Below are positions 47,079 through 58,737 of a DNA stretch of 64,000 bases, piece by piece. Where the stretch lies: NCBI RefSeq assembly GCF_947367035.1, contig NZ_CANBCA010000008.1:6198-70197 (forward strand). The letters run 5' to 3'. A program made the translations under genes and the position numbers. The notes beneath the pieces are model-generated. The model was not told the origin of the DNA. It did not search any database and worked only from the letters and a program-made list of their open reading frames with translations. Source of the DNA: an uncultured Helicobacter sp. GTDB lineage: Bacteria; Campylobacterota; Campylobacteria; Campylobacterales; Helicobacteraceae. The stretch's first letter is position 1. The number at the start of each line of letters is the position of its first letter.

Positions 47079-47167
47079 CGAGGTGGGTGGGGGCAAATGG
47101 AATCCCGCAAGAATAAATCTCACGCAATGACACAATGTCAAGTCTTGCAAGGACACGCAAAGGCGCG

Positions 47168-47938
47168 TTAAACCCTCACTGCGATTCCTTGTGCCTTTAG
47201 ATACTGCTTCAAATCCATAATGTGGATTTCTTGATAATGAAAAATAGACGCGGCAAGCGCGGCGTCTGCGCCATTTAAAAAGGCTTGCAAAATGTGCTCT
47301 TTGCTTCCTGCTCCACCACTTGCAATAAGCGGAATCCCAACACTTTGCGAAATCAAACGTAACTGCTCCAAATCATAACCTGCCTTTGTGCCATCGTAAT
47401 CCATACTTGTAAGCAGAATCTCACCTGCTCCGCGCTCATAGGATTGCTTTGCCCATTGTTCCAAATCCACTCCTGTGTTGTTGCGTCCTCCGTGCGTATA
47501 AACTTCCCAACCAATCCCATTTACGCGCCTTTTGGCGTCAATGGCTATAACAATACATTGAGAACCAAATCGCTTCGCACCTTGCGTAATTAAATCGGGA
47601 TTCTTAAGTGCCGAGGAGTTAAGGCTGACCTTATCGCAGCCCGCATTCAGCAAATCATAAATATGTTCCAAACTTGAAATCCCGCCCCCAACCGTTAGCG
47701 GGATAAAGACTTCTTTGGCGACATTGCGCACCATTTCAAGGGTTGTATTCCTTGCTTCAAGGGTAGCCGTAATATCCAAAAAGGTAATCTCGTCTGCACC
47801 CTCGTCGTTGTAGCGTCTGGCAACCTCCACAGGATTCCCCGCATCTTGAAGCCCTACGAAATTTACGCCCTTAACCACGCGTCCGTTTTTAATATCTAAA
47901 CACGGAATGATTCTCTTTGCCAATGTGTCTTTGCTCAT
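47168..47938 (-). CDS. hisF: imidazole glycerol phosphate synthase cyclase subunit
   Basis: HisF pattern ([29 protein letters not shown]). I take the start at MSKDTL, which has an AAGGAAA Shine-Dalgarno. Confidence 0.9.
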   Translation of the reverse strand: MSKDTLAKRIIPCLDIKNGRVVKGVNFVGLQDAGNPVEVARRYNDEGADEITFLDITATLEARNTTLEMVRNVAKEVFIPLTVGGGISSLEHIYDLLNAGCDKVSLNSSALKNPDLITQGAKRFGSQCIVIAIDAKRRVNGIGWEVYTHGGRNNTGVDLEQWAKQSYERGAGEILLTSMDYDGTKAGYDLEQLRLISQSVGIPLIASGGAGSKEHILQAFLNGADAALAASIFHYQEIHIMDLKQYLKAQGIAVRV

Positions 47939-48034
47939 TTTATTTCCTTTTGTTTGCAAAATCTTAGCAAATTTTCTTTTAAGTCTAAGTTTTGGCTATA
48001 ATTGCGGCTTGATTTAAACTTATTAAGGATTATT

Positions 48035-49024
48035 ATGCAAAAGTCGCGCGTGTTTTCTGGGATTCAACCCACAGGCAATATTCATCTAGGAAACTATTTG
48101 GGTGCGGTGAAAAATTGGGTAGAGCGTCAGGATTTGTATGAAAATATTTTTTGCGTGGTCAATTCTCATGCAATTACAATTCCGCAAACCCCAAGTATTT
48201 TGCGCGAGAAAACTTATGATTTATGCGCTATGCTCCTTGCTTGTGGGATTAACCCGCAAAAATCCACACTTTTTATTCAATCGCGAATCCAAGAACACAC
48301 TTCTTTGGCGTGGTTATTAACTTGCATAACTCCAATGGGGGATTTAAGTCGTATGACACAATTTAAAGATAAAAGTGCGAAAAATCCTAAAAATATTTTT
48401 GCCGGACTTTTGAATTATCCCAATTTGATGAGCGCGGATATTTTGCTCTATCAAAGTAATCTTGTCCCTGTGGGAGAAGACCAAAAGCAACATATTGAGT
48501 TAGCCCGCGATACGGCAATGCGGTTTAATCGTGATTTTGGAGAAACTTTTGTTGTGCCAGAGCCGATGATTTTAAAAGAGGGCGCACGCATTATGGGCTT
48601 AGATGACCCGACTAAAAAGATGAGCAAAAGCTCAAGTGATAAGCCCAATCACTCCATTGCTCTTATAGATACACCAGAAGTAATAGTAAAGAAGTTTAAA
48701 AAGGCAACCACTGATAGTGAGGGAATCATCGCATTTGATAAGAATCGTGCAGGGGTTTATAATCTGCTAAATATTTATCAGTGTTTTACCAAACAAAAAG
48801 CAGAGGAGATTGAAGCAGAGTTTGCAGGGCAAGGTTATGGCAAACTGAAAGAAAAGGTAGCAGAAGTCGTGATTGAGGGATTGCGCCCGATTCGTCAAGC
48901 CTACGAAAAGCTAAGCAGCGAAAAGGATTATTTACACAAAATCTTGCAAGAAGGAGAAGCACGCGCACGCGAGATTGCTGCTACAACCTACAAGGAAGCG
49001 AAAGAAAAAATGGGTTTGATTTAA
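48035..49024 (+). CDS. trpS: tryptophan--tRNA ligase
   Basis: Class I motifs: a HIGH-like [13 protein letters not shown] and KMSKS. The start is MQKSRVF with a TAAGGA Shine-Dalgarno. Confidence 0.95.
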   Translation: MQKSRVFSGIQPTGNIHLGNYLGAVKNWVERQDLYENIFCVVNSHAITIPQTPSILREKTYDLCAMLLACGINPQKSTLFIQSRIQEHTSLAWLLTCITPMGDLSRMTQFKDKSAKNPKNIFAGLLNYPNLMSADILLYQSNLVPVGEDQKQHIELARDTAMRFNRDFGETFVVPEPMILKEGARIMGLDDPTKKMSKSSSDKPNHSIALIDTPEVIVKKFKKATTDSEGIIAFDKNRAGVYNLLNIYQCFTKQKAEEIEAEFAGQGYGKLKEKVAEVVIEGLRPIRQAYEKLSSEKDYLHKILQEGEARAREIAATTYKEAKEKMGLI

Positions 49025-49887
49025 GAGTTACGAAACTCTTTGTAGTCTATTGGAATCAAACAATCTTTTACTTCTAAAATTTGTGAGTAAATTTTGTGGT
49101 CATAGCCGATTTTAAAAAGAGCGTTGATTGCTTCTAGCTGCTTTTCGCTTAGGCTTATAGAATCCCCATTAGCGTAGAGGTTGAGGTAAGTTTCTAGTTG
49201 TTTGGAATCTACACGAATCAGATTCCGCTCTTGGAGCATTGAAGAGAGGAGAGGTTTATTTTCTAGAGCAACTTTCACGGCTTTGGTTAGTAATTCCTCA
49301 CACATAATTGCAACATTAAGTGGAATGGAACGGCGTAAGCACATTCCTCCTAGTGGCAAAGGTAAGTTGGCATTGCCATTTAATGTATGCCAAATCTCCC
49401 AAATCTCTCGTTCAACTTCTAGTCTTTCATTAAAAGTTAAAATAGATTCGTGAATTAGCACGCCTGCATCTACTTCGCCTTGAAGCACAGCATTTTCAAT
49501 TTCAAGAAAGTTTTTATAAACAATTCTTGCTTCAGGATAGGCGATTTTAAAGAGCATTGCATTGGTTGTATGTGTGCCACTTAAAGCAACTCTGAAGTTT
49601 TTTCTAAGTCTTTTGCCTTTCAGTTTAATTAATTTGGGTCCATATCCTACACCAAAACTCACTCCTGTTCTTAACAAACATTGTTCTTGTGCCAAGAGTG
49701 GATAAACACCAAACGAAATAGCAGAAATATCTAGCTCACCTCCTAAAGCTTTGATATTAAGCGTTTCAATGTCTAGCGCACTAGATTGAAAATGAATTTC
49801 AGGATTGCTAACCCAACCGAACTTAATGGCATAATACATAAAAAGGTCGTCTGCATCAGGTGAATGCCCTAAGCTTAAAGTTCTCAT
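49021..49887 (-). CDS. mqnD: MqnA/MqnD-family menaquinone (futalosine pathway) protein, probably 1,4-dihydroxy-6-naphthoate synthase
   Basis: 288 aa. The periplasmic-binding-protein-like fold pattern is [18 protein letters not shown]. Assignment within the family is uncertain. Confidence 0.5.
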   Translation of the reverse strand: MRTLSLGHSPDADDLFMYYAIKFGWVSNPEIHFQSSALDIETLNIKALGGELDISAISFGVYPLLAQEQCLLRTGVSFGVGYGPKLIKLKGKRLRKNFRVALSGTHTTNAMLFKIAYPEARIVYKNFLEIENAVLQGEVDAGVLIHESILTFNERLEVEREIWEIWHTLNGNANLPLPLGGMCLRRSIPLNVAIMCEELLTKAVKVALENKPLLSSMLQERNLIRVDSKQLETYLNLYANGDSISLSEKQLEAINALFKIGYDHKIYSQILEVKDCLIPIDYKEFRNS

Positions 49888-49921
49888 TATGACTCACTTG
49901 TAATTTTGGAGTGGATTTTAT

Positions 49922-51001
49922 TTAAACTTCACTTAAGATTGATTGAAGTTTTGTGATAACAAGGTTTGGCGTAAGGTTGCGCATACAGGCGTGAAAGGTT
50001 GTAGAGTCTTTAGGAAGTGGGCAGGTGCGTTGCATACAAGGCATACAAGGAAGTTTTTGGTGGAATGTTTCAAGGGAGAGAATATGCGAATTTTTGGCAT
50101 TAAAGGGGCAAGTTTCCTTGGTGTTTGTAGGTCCAAAAAGGGCGAGAGTTGGAATCTCCAATGCGCTTGCAATGTGCATTGGACCGCTGTCATTGGTAAG
50201 TAAAAAATGAAGCTTAAGAAAATGTGCTATGAGGCTTTCAATAGTAGTTTTTCCGCTTAAATTTAAAATATTACCCAATAAATCTTCGTTGAGATTTGGC
50301 ATTTGATGTAAATGTCTCAAAATCTCATTATTGATTTCATTTTCATTTGTAATGCCAAAAAGAATAATTTTATAATTTTGTTGTAATAAAAACCCTATAA
50401 CTTGTGCAAAATAGGATTCTTCCCAACGTTTTGCTGTCCCAAATGTTGCTCCTGCGTTAATTCCAACAATTTTGGAATCCTTAAAATGTTTTGGAAGATT
50501 TACTTGCAATGGAGGCTTTTTAAGATAAAGCTTAGGTAGCACTTCTACCTCTTGAAGCGGCAAGTTTTTTAGTCTAGGTGAGTGCAGAGCGGATTCTACA
50601 AGGGTTGAAAAGCGCAAAGCTTCGTGCATATTCTTTGGTTTTTTAGGGTAAAATGTGAGTAAAAAGCTTCGCATTTCTGTGGAAAAACCCGCACGGAACT
50701 TTGTGCCATTAAAGAAAAGTAAAAGAGCGGAGAGCAAGTTGTTTTGAAAAGTGAAACCTAAATCACAGGGTGGAATAGATTTGCCAAGATGATAAAGGTT
50801 TAGGATTCTAAATCTTGCTTTTTTGCTTTTATCCTCTATCGTGGTTACATTTGGATAGTGTGCAAAGAGTGCGATACTTGTAGCACTGCCAACGAAATAA
50901 AAGTATGCTTTAGGAAAGCGTGAAAATAGAATCTCTAACGCAAAAGTAGCCATTACCGCATCGCCTAGCCAATTTGGGATTCTCACTAAAATATTCATCA
51001 T
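49922..51001 (-). CDS. waaF: ADP-heptose:LPS heptosyltransferase (GT9, WaaF-like)
   Basis: The GT9 patterns are ILVRIPNWLGDAVMA and LTNDSGPMHIASAL. Confidence 0.75.
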   Translation of the reverse strand: MMNILVRIPNWLGDAVMATFALEILFSRFPKAYFYFVGSATSIALFAHYPNVTTIEDKSKKARFRILNLYHLGKSIPPCDLGFTFQNNLLSALLLFFNGTKFRAGFSTEMRSFLLTFYPKKPKNMHEALRFSTLVESALHSPRLKNLPLQEVEVLPKLYLKKPPLQVNLPKHFKDSKIVGINAGATFGTAKRWEESYFAQVIGFLLQQNYKIILFGITNENEINNEILRHLHQMPNLNEDLLGNILNLSGKTTIESLIAHFLKLHFLLTNDSGPMHIASALEIPTLALFGPTNTKETCPFNAKNSHILSLETFHQKLPCMPCMQRTCPLPKDSTTFHACMRNLTPNLVITKLQSILSEV

Positions 51002-52113
51002 TTTAATTCATTAATAACTTGTAAAGTTTGTTGTAAATTGTTTTGAACGCTTAAGTGGGAAACAGCCTTTGCACAGCTTTTTTGCATTTCTTTTAAGAGG
51101 TCAGGATTTTGTAAAAGTTTTTTGAGCATTTCGCTTCCTTGCATAATAGAGTTTGGGGTATCTAATAAAAACTTTGGATTAAATAATTCTCCTGCGCCGT
51201 TTTGCTTAGTTGTTAAGATCGCATTTTCAAAACTTGCGGCTTCTAATGTAGCATTAGAACAAGGCTCATAAAAAGTTGGAAAGAGAAAAATGTCACTTGC
51301 TGCATAAAAACGAGAAACCTCTGTTTGCGCTCCTAAAAATAGCGTTTTTTCTGTAAGATTGAATTGTTTTGCGATTTGCTCATAGTGCCTTTGATGTTTT
51401 TCTCTACCAATGATTAAAAAATGCCAATTTTTGTATGGAATTTTAGAGAGCATAAGAAGAGCTTGTTTTAAGCCTTTTCGCGCATAACCACTGCCAACAA
51501 AGAGTAAAAGTATTTTATTTTCAAGATTAGAAAAATCCTTACAAAGATTCTTTTTAGACGAAAGCTTATCAAAAGAATCTGGTAAAGTGATGCCATTGTA
51601 AATTACGCGAATTTTTTCTGGCGCAACTTTGAAGTTTTCAATCAAAGAAGATTGAATCATTTTAGAGTTTGCAATGATAATTTTAGCGTTTAAAAAAAGC
51701 TTTGATTCTAGAGAAGCGTAGATGAAGTTGATTGGATTAAAATGGCTTTTAAATTTTAACCAAGCATTATTTTTCGTTTTGATTTCTAACCATTCTTTAT
51801 GGATTCCATCACCCGCACGATAAATATCGCAGTGCAAAACACGTTCTAGGCTAAAGTAGATAGAGTGGCAATGCCGCTTGTAGTATTTTTCATAGGCAAC
51901 TAAAAAACAAAGAAATTTTAAAAAGGAGGGAAGAAATGATGGAACATTAATGCGAAATTCAGCGGATTGTCCATAATCTCCACTAGAGAAAACTTCAATT
52001 CTAGGATTGCTTCGTTTGGAGTCTCGCGATTCTAGGGCATTTTTTAAGCGCAAAAGATATTTTTCTGCCCCACCAACTTTAGAGCTTTTAAATCGGACAA
52101 AAATTAGATTCAT
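50998..52113 (-). CDS. GT4-family LPS core glycosyltransferase
   Basis: Contains GGAEKY, and an EX7E-like region (FLFPTFYEPCSNATLEAASF). I take the start at MNLIFVRF, which overlaps the aroK stop. Confidence 0.65.
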   Translation of the reverse strand: MNLIFVRFKSSKVGGAEKYLLRLKNALESRDSKRSNPRIEVFSSGDYGQSAEFRINVPSFLPSFLKFLCFLVAYEKYYKRHCHSIYFSLERVLHCDIYRAGDGIHKEWLEIKTKNNAWLKFKSHFNPINFIYASLESKLFLNAKIIIANSKMIQSSLIENFKVAPEKIRVIYNGITLPDSFDKLSSKKNLCKDFSNLENKILLLFVGSGYARKGLKQALLMLSKIPYKNWHFLIIGREKHQRHYEQIAKQFNLTEKTLFLGAQTEVSRFYAASDIFLFPTFYEPCSNATLEAASFENAILTTKQNGAGELFNPKFLLDTPNSIMQGSEMLKKLLQNPDLLKEMQKSCAKAVSHLSVQNNLQQTLQVINELK

Positions 52114-52601
52114 AATCTCTCCAAAATATTTTGCACAATTATGTGAATGCTTTGGTCGGCATTGATGATATAATGGGCGCAAGATAGGTAGTGTTTTAAT
52201 CGTTGATTGTAAAGATCTAATGCAGAATTGTAGTTTTTAAATAAAGGGCGTTTATCCCTTTCATTTGCATTAAGGCGTGCAAAAATTGTTTCAAATTCCA
52301 AATGTAGAAAAAAAACTTTTCCCATAGATTGAACATCACAAAATAGAGGCATTCCGCCTCCAGTAGAAATAATGGCGTTTTGGACATTATGTGTTACAAA
52401 TTGACAAAATTTGCACTCTAAATCTCTAAAGTATGTTTCGCCATAAAGTGAAAAAATTTCTTTTATGCTTAATCCTTCATTGGTTTCAATGATAGAATCA
52501 CTCTCTAAAATCAATGCGTGATTGGCTTGATGTAGGGCTTTAGCAATGGTGCTTTTGCCACTACCCATAAAGCCGACAAGGACACAATTAGTAGAGTTCA
52601 A
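52110..52601 (-). CDS. aroK: shikimate kinase
   Basis: 163 aa with Walker A GFMGSGKST and a shikimate-binding GGG. Confidence 0.85.
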   Translation of the reverse strand: MNSTNCVLVGFMGSGKSTIAKALHQANHALILESDSIIETNEGLSIKEIFSLYGETYFRDLECKFCQFVTHNVQNAIISTGGGMPLFCDVQSMGKVFFLHLEFETIFARLNANERDKRPLFKNYNSALDLYNQRLKHYLSCAHYIINADQSIHIIVQNILERL

Positions 52602-53451
52602 TTGTATAATCTCTAGCAGAATTTTGGATTATTTTATATTTGTATTGTCCATCAAAATTGAATGTAATGCGATAAAAGTCTAAATGCGTGCTTAAGGAAA
52701 CTTTTGGAATGGAGGGAATTTGTGTATCAAAAATTTCCTGTAAAGGTGTTTTATCTGGAGCTTTGAAATCTAGCACTAAACGCGTGGGAGAAGCAAGTGT
52801 AAAATCACGAAGACGTTTGAGTGAAGTTTTGAATTTGATATTTTGTTTAGTGATTTCAAATTCAAATAGACGGCTTAAAGTGAAGCTTTGTTTATCCACA
52901 ATATTTTGGGCTTTAGGTTGCACTTCTTGGCTTAAGATGAGTGGAAAATGCCAATCAATATCGCCTTCAAGATTCTGTTCAATACTTGTAATAGAACCAT
53001 TGAGATTTTGGTATTCTAAAATAATTTTTTTGATTTTTCTAGCAGTAGAGGGCAAAATCAATTCAGTTTTAGTGAATAAATCTAATTGCGGGGCATTTGT
53101 GATTTGCCCACTAGCTTTTGGTGTGATAATAGGCGTAAAAGGGTCGCGTCCTCTTTTGGTTTCGTTATTTTCTACGTTATCTTCGGTTAAGGGTTGTAAT
53201 ATGTCTGTGGTATTAGATGTTGTTGGAATATTTTTTAAATCCCCTTGTGTAGGCGTAGAATTGGAATTTTGTAGTGTTGAAACGCTTTGTGATTCTTGAT
53301 TGACAGGATTAGTAGAGGTTTGGGGTTTGGATTGTTTTTGTGCATCAATGTTTAAAGTCGGAATGTCTGGTAGAGCTTTTGGCTCATTTTCTTCAGCCAA
53401 CACTCCACTCGCAAACAGAATAGAGCTACAAATTAGTTTTAAGTATTTCAT
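52588..53451 (-). CDS. exported protein with a C-terminal AMIN-like domain
   Basis: Signal peptide, then a low-complexity T/S/N/Q linker. The C-terminal beta-rich segment is RLVLDFKAPD...YRITFNF. Confidence 0.45.
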   Translation of the reverse strand: MKYLKLICSSILFASGVLAEENEPKALPDIPTLNIDAQKQSKPQTSTNPVNQESQSVSTLQNSNSTPTQGDLKNIPTTSNTTDILQPLTEDNVENNETKRGRDPFTPIITPKASGQITNAPQLDLFTKTELILPSTARKIKKIILEYQNLNGSITSIEQNLEGDIDWHFPLILSQEVQPKAQNIVDKQSFTLSRLFEFEITKQNIKFKTSLKRLRDFTLASPTRLVLDFKAPDKTPLQEIFDTQIPSIPKVSLSTHLDFYRITFNFDGQYKYKIIQNSARDYTIELY

Positions 53452-53693
53452 TGGGGTTCAAGTCCTTTCAATTCAAAAAGTTCTTTTTGCAAATTTGCAT
53501 TTTCGTGCATTAAGCGATTGACTTCTTGGCGCATTTGGGATTCCTTATTTTTAAGGCTTAAAAGCACACTTAAAGAATTATCGCCAAAGAGTAAATTACC
53601 AAAATAAACTCCTAGAATACAAATGAATAAAACAAGACTCAAAAAGGGCAAAAGTTTATAAAATCCACCCTTTTTAAATGTAGAAGATTCCAT
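53448..53693 (-). CDS. FtsB/DivIC-like septum-formation initiator
   Basis: 81 aa with one TM helix followed by a leucine-zipper-like coiled coil. It lies between eno and the AMIN-domain gene. Confidence 0.5.
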   Translation of the reverse strand: MESSTFKKGGFYKLLPFLSLVLFICILGVYFGNLLFGDNSLSVLLSLKNKESQMRQEVNRLMHENANLQKELFELKGLEPQ

Positions 53694-54967
53694 TATCTAC
53701 AAAAAAGTTTTTTACCTAAATAAACAGGAAAGCTTAATTCATTTTCAATAGTTAATAGGCGATTATATTTTGCCATACGCTCACTTCTTGCTGTTGAGCC
53801 TGTTTTGATTTCACCAGTATTTAATGCCACAGCAAAATCTGCGATGAAACTATCTTCGCTTTCCCCGCTACGATGGCTCATAATGCAACGATAATGATTG
53901 CGTTGAGCTAAACGAATAGTCTTCATAGTTTGGCTTATAGTGCCGATTTGATTCGGTTTGATTAAGATAGCATTTGCGATGTTTTTTGTAATGCCTCCTT
54001 CTAAAATTTTAGCATTGGTTACAAACAAATCATCTCCTACAAGTTGCACCTTATTGCCAAGTTTTTGCGTTAGCTTACTCCAGCCTTCCCAATCATCTTC
54101 ACTTAAGCCATCTTCAATAGAAACAATAGGGTATTTTGCAATCAGTTTTTCATAGTATTCAATTAATTCTTCACTACTTAGATTTCTACCCTCTCCTTTT
54201 AGACAATAAATGCCCTTGTCATTCACAAATTCGCTACTTGCGACATCTAATGCAATTGCTATTTGTTCCCCCTCTTTATAACCTGCCTTTTTGATTGCTT
54301 CCAAAATAATTTGGATTGGTTCTTCATTGGTTTTGAGATTTGGTGCAAATCCCCCTTCATCACCAATGCTTGTAATATGTTTAGAATCTTTTAAGAGTTT
54401 TTTTAAGCATTGATAGATTTCTGCACTTGCGCGCAATGCTTCACTAAAGCATTCAAAACCAACAGGCATAATCATATATTCTTGAAAATCCACTGTGTTG
54501 TCTGCGTGGCTTCCACCATTGATGATATTAAGCATAGGGACAGGCAATGTGATAGCATTTGCACCACCTAAGTAACGATAAAGTGGGATATTTAAACTTT
54601 TCGCTGCCGCGCGAGCAACTGCCATAGAAACTCCTAAAGTGGCATTTGCACCTAGATTAGAGAAGTTTTCTGTGCCATCAAGTTCTATTAAAAGATTGTC
54701 AATTTCAGCTTGATCAAAAGGGCTTAGTCCCGTGATGGAATCGCAAATAGTTGTATTAATGTTTTCACACGCCTTCAAAACGCCTTTACCTAAGAATCGC
54801 TCTTCTTTATCACGTAGCTCCAATGCCTCTCTTTTGCCTGTGCTTGCACCACTTGGGACGATTGCGCTTGCAACATTTCCATCACTTAAAAGAATAGTTG
54901 CTTTAACTGTTGGATTCCCCCTGCTATCTAATACCTCTTGCGCATTAATGTCGTCAATATAAATCAT
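53693..54967 (-). CDS. eno: enolase
   Basis: 424 aa with typical enolase motifs ([19 protein letters not shown]-like [14 protein letters not shown]). Confidence 0.95.
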   Translation of the reverse strand: MIYIDDINAQEVLDSRGNPTVKATILLSDGNVASAIVPSGASTGKREALELRDKEERFLGKGVLKACENINTTICDSITGLSPFDQAEIDNLLIELDGTENFSNLGANATLGVSMAVARAAAKSLNIPLYRYLGGANAITLPVPMLNIINGGSHADNTVDFQEYMIMPVGFECFSEALRASAEIYQCLKKLLKDSKHITSIGDEGGFAPNLKTNEEPIQIILEAIKKAGYKEGEQIAIALDVASSEFVNDKGIYCLKGEGRNLSSEELIEYYEKLIAKYPIVSIEDGLSEDDWEGWSKLTQKLGNKVQLVGDDLFVTNAKILEGGITKNIANAILIKPNQIGTISQTMKTIRLAQRNHYRCIMSHRSGESEDSFIADFAVALNTGEIKTGSTARSERMAKYNRLLTIENELSFPVYLGKKLFCR

Positions 54968-55185
54968 TGTTTCTCCTTGTTTGACTGGTCGTTTATTTCT
55001 TGAGAGGTTTTAGAGTCATTGGGTTGATTTTTATCTTGCAAAGCCGCTTTATCTTCTTCACTTAAGGTGAAGCTCCCTGCACCTGAAATTGTGCAACAAG
55101 ATTTATCCTCTGCCAAAGCAATATTGCACAATGTGCCAAAAAGAATCGCAAGAAAACTTGCTTTTAAAACATTTTTTTTCATCAT
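54964..55185 (-). CDS. small secreted hypothetical protein
   Basis: 73 aa with a signal peptide. It is wedged between recA and eno, and its stop overlaps the eno start. Confidence 0.4.
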   Translation of the reverse strand: MMKKNVLKASFLAILFGTLCNIALAEDKSCCTISGAGSFTLSEEDKAALQDKNQPNDSKTSQEINDQSNKEKQ

Positions 55186-55197
55186 TTATTCCTTGTT

Positions 55198-56232
55198 TTA
55201 TTCTATATCATTTGTATCATCACTAGATAAATCATCAGAGATTGAAATAGACGCTTTAATCTTTTCCCCAATTTCTCGGGCAATTTCTAGATTCTCTTTT
55301 AAAAATGCTTTTGCATTTTCTTTGCCTTGCCCAAGCTTCTTATCTTTGTAGCTTAACCACGCACCACTTTTATCTACAATATCTAATTTTACTCCATAAT
55401 CAATTAATTCGCCCTCTTTGCTGATACCCTCACCAAACATAATATCAAATTCCGCCCCTCTAAAGGGCGGAGCAACTTTATTTTTGACGACTTTGGCTTT
55501 GACGCGGTTGCCGATATTTTGCTCACCTTGCTTTAAAGTAGCGATTCTACGAACATCAATCCTTACACTTGCATAAAACTTGAGTGCATTTCCGCCTGTT
55601 GTGGTTTCTGGGCTTCCATAGCCCATCACACCGATTTTCATACGAATTTGGTTAATAAAAATCACCGTAGTATTCATTTTATGAATTACGCCTGTTACTT
55701 TTCGTAAAGCTTGGCTCATCAAACGTGCTTGTAAGCCTACGTGCTGGTCTCCCATATCCCCATCAATTTCACTCTTTGGTGTGAGTGCTGCCACAGAGTC
55801 AATCACGATTAAATCTACTCCCCCACTTCTTGTGAGCGTTTCTAGAATTTCTAAGGCTTGCTCACCAAAATCAGGTTGCGAAACAAGTAGATTTTCTACA
55901 TCTACACCTAATCGTTTTGCATAAGTAACATCTAGTGCGTGTTCTGCGTCAATAAAGGCACAGATTCCACCCTTTTTCTGGCATTCTGCGACAATTTGTA
56001 GTGCTAAGGTTGTTTTGCCGGAGCTTTCTGGTCCATAAATTTCAATGATTCGCCCTTTTGGAACTCCGCCAATGCCAAGCGCAATATCTAGTCCTAAAGA
56101 GCCTGTGCTAATGGAATCAATTTTTTCTACCGGTTTGTCGCCAAGCCTGATTAATGCACCTTTCCCAAAGGCTTTATCAATTTGCTTAATGGCAAGCTCA
56201 ATTGCTTTTTGTCTGTTTTCGTCCAAAGCCAT
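55198..56232 (-). CDS. recA: recombinase RecA
   Basis: 344 aa with GPESSGKTT and the conserved L1/L2 regions. Confidence 0.97.
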   Translation of the reverse strand: MALDENRQKAIELAIKQIDKAFGKGALIRLGDKPVEKIDSISTGSLGLDIALGIGGVPKGRIIEIYGPESSGKTTLALQIVAECQKKGGICAFIDAEHALDVTYAKRLGVDVENLLVSQPDFGEQALEILETLTRSGGVDLIVIDSVAALTPKSEIDGDMGDQHVGLQARLMSQALRKVTGVIHKMNTTVIFINQIRMKIGVMGYGSPETTTGGNALKFYASVRIDVRRIATLKQGEQNIGNRVKAKVVKNKVAPPFRGAEFDIMFGEGISKEGELIDYGVKLDIVDKSGAWLSYKDKKLGQGKENAKAFLKENLEIAREIGEKIKASISISDDLSSDDTNDIE

Positions 56233-56429
56233 TTTTTCTCCTAAAAATTAAAATTTTATTGTAGCTAAAAACAGATAAAAATTTCAAAACAAAATACTTT
56301 CATTCTCTATTGCATTTTGATATTGTTTTTTCAATTTAAGCTCCAGAGTAATGTGCATTGATTTTTAATAAATAGGAATCTTAAGAGATTTGAGAGACTG
56401 CAAATGCAGAATCTCATTATTTAAGCCGT

Positions 56430-57641
56430 TTAATGTCTCTGGGATTTTAAAATGATTTCACGCGTGTCTCTAGCAATCATTAATTCTTCATTGGTTGGAA
56501 TTACGCAGACTTTGACTTTGGAGTCTTTGGTAGAAATGATACCCTCTTTGCCCACTGCTTCAAGATTGGCTTTTTCATCAAGGTTGATTCCTAAGAAATG
56601 CAAGTTTGAAACAATTTTTCCACGAATGTATTTAGCATTTTCTCCTACTCCTGCGCAAAATGCAATCGCATCTACACCAACTAATGCGGCAGTATAAGCC
56701 CCAATATATTTTGCCACACGATAAGCAAACACTTCTCTAGCAAAACGCGCTTTAAGATTCCCTCCTTCATCGGCACTTAGTAAATCTCTAAAGTCGCTTG
56801 AGAGACCAGAAATTCCAAGCACACCGGATTTTTTGTTTAAAATATTCAAGACTTCTTTTGTGCTTAAATTTTCCTTTTGTGCAATATAATCAATAATTGC
56901 TGGGTCTAAGTCTCCACTACGCGTTCCCATCACTAAGCCTTCAAGCGGGGTTAAACCCATACTTGTATCAATACTTTTACCATTTTTTATGGCACAAATA
57001 CTAGAACCATTCCCTAAATGGCAAGTAATGATTTTGGAATCTTCTAATGGGATTCCAAGATATTCCGCGGTGCGTTTTGAGACATAGCTATGGCTTGTGC
57101 CATGGAATCCATAACGGCGGATTTTGTATTTTTCATAATATTCATAAGGCAAACCATAAATATAAGCGTGCGGAGGCATTGTTTGATGAAATGCAGTATC
57201 AAATACTGCTACCATAGGCGTTTGTGGCATTAAGTGCTTACAGGCTTTAATACCTAGCAAATGCGCAGGATTGTGCAAGGGGGCTAAATCTGAACACTCT
57301 TCAATGTGTGAAATCACTTCGTCATTAATGAGTGCAGAATGCGTAAAATGCTCGCCTCCGTGCACAATTCTATGTCCAATAGCTTTGATTTCGTCTAAAG
57401 ACTTGATAATGCCACTTTGTGGATTAACAAGTGTTTCAAGCACAAGCTTAATAGCGACTTCGTGGTCTGACATATCAACATTTTGTATGGTTTTTTCGCT
57501 ATTTTTTGGTTTATAACTAAATTGTCCGCCATCAATCCCGATTCTATCACATAAGCCTGATGCCAAAACTTCTTCTGTGTTTGTGTTAATCAGTTGATAT
57601 TTGAGCGAAGAACTACCACAATTAATAACTAAAATATCCAT
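56430..57641 (-). CDS. ackA: acetate kinase
   Basis: 403 aa with VINCGSSSLKY and HLGNGSS. Confidence 0.95.
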   Translation of the reverse strand: MDILVINCGSSSLKYQLINTNTEEVLASGLCDRIGIDGGQFSYKPKNSEKTIQNVDMSDHEVAIKLVLETLVNPQSGIIKSLDEIKAIGHRIVHGGEHFTHSALINDEVISHIEECSDLAPLHNPAHLLGIKACKHLMPQTPMVAVFDTAFHQTMPPHAYIYGLPYEYYEKYKIRRYGFHGTSHSYVSKRTAEYLGIPLEDSKIITCHLGNGSSICAIKNGKSIDTSMGLTPLEGLVMGTRSGDLDPAIIDYIAQKENLSTKEVLNILNKKSGVLGISGLSSDFRDLLSADEGGNLKARFAREVFAYRVAKYIGAYTAALVGVDAIAFCAGVGENAKYIRGKIVSNLHFLGINLDEKANLEAVGKEGIISTKDSKVKVCVIPTNEELMIARDTREIILKSQRH

Positions 57642-57643
57642 TT

Positions 57644-58651
57644 CTACTCCTTATTTTGTTGAGCTTGAAGAGCTGTAATAGCAATTACGCCTACAATGTC
57701 TTCACTACTGCAACCGCGTGAGAGGTCATTGACTGCCCCACCGATTCCTTGCGTAATAGGTCCATAAGCTTCAGCATTTGCTAAACGTTGAACCAATTTA
57801 TAACCAATATTTCCTGCATCTAAATCTGGAAAAACAAGCACATTTGCATTCCCAGCAATCTGGCTATCTGGTGCCTTTGATTTTCCCACATTTGGAACAA
57901 TGGCAGCATCAAGTTGAAACTCTCCATCTAGTGCAATGTTAGGCGCTTCAGCTTGAGCAATGCGTGTGGCTTCTATGACTTTATCTACATCAGAATGTTT
58001 TGCGCTACCTTTTGTAGAGTGCGAAAGCATCGCAACCACTGCTTTTTTCCCGACTAATGCCTCAAAGCTTTTAGCGGAATCTATTGCGATAGAAGCGAGT
58101 TCTTGCGCGTTTGGATTCTGCACCAATCCACTATCTGCAAAAATAAAGATTCCCTTTTCTCCAAAATGACAATTTGGAACAATCATTAAGAAAAATGCGG
58201 AAACTAATTTAGATTTTGGATTCGTGCCTAAAATCTGCAAAGAGGCACGAAGCACATCAGCAGTAGAATTGATTGCACCTGCAACCATACCATTTGCCTT
58301 TTTTGATTTCACAAGTGCAACACCAAAATAAAGTGGGTTTTCAAGCAAAAGTGCACGCGCAGATTTTTCGCTTAAACCCTTATGTCCACGAAGTTTAACA
58401 AATAGTTCTACATAAGATTCTAACCCATCACAACTTGCAGGATTGATGAATTCTGCATTTTCCAAATTTAAATCACGCCCTTTTGCACGTTGTTTGATTT
58501 CTGCTTCCTCACCGATTAAAATAATCTTTGCAATATTTTCTTGTAGTGCAATGTGTGCAGCTTCTAGAGTGCGTAAATCACTCGTTTCTGGCAGGACAAT
58601 TGTTTGCAAATTTGCCCTTGCCTTTTCTTTGATTGTTTGAATGAAACCCAT
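57644..58651 (-). CDS. pta: phosphate acetyltransferase (short form)
   Basis: 335-aa PTA_PTB domain. It lies directly upstream of ackA. Confidence 0.9.
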   Translation of the reverse strand: MGFIQTIKEKARANLQTIVLPETSDLRTLEAAHIALQENIAKIILIGEEAEIKQRAKGRDLNLENAEFINPASCDGLESYVELFVKLRGHKGLSEKSARALLLENPLYFGVALVKSKKANGMVAGAINSTADVLRASLQILGTNPKSKLVSAFFLMIVPNCHFGEKGIFIFADSGLVQNPNAQELASIAIDSAKSFEALVGKKAVVAMLSHSTKGSAKHSDVDKVIEATRIAQAEAPNIALDGEFQLDAAIVPNVGKSKAPDSQIAGNANVLVFPDLDAGNIGYKLVQRLANAEAYGPITQGIGGAVNDLSRGCSSEDIVGVIAITALQAQQNKE

Positions 58652-58737
58652 ATTAACCCTTTCGTTTAAGATTTCATCTATTTTAAGATTTTTTAGGATA
58701 AGTAGCGTATAAAGTTGGTAAAAAAGTGTAAAAAATT

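Noticed and set aside
52688-53299. 203-aa + strand ORF
   Set aside because: It is an antisense shadow of the AMIN-domain gene. Its composition is odd, there is no Shine-Dalgarno, and it lies entirely inside a better-supported minus-strand gene. The same reasoning applies to other antisense ORFs in the track (for example 13557-13916, 15145-15510, 35591-35992, 60175-60492, 60898-61215 and 12097-12381).
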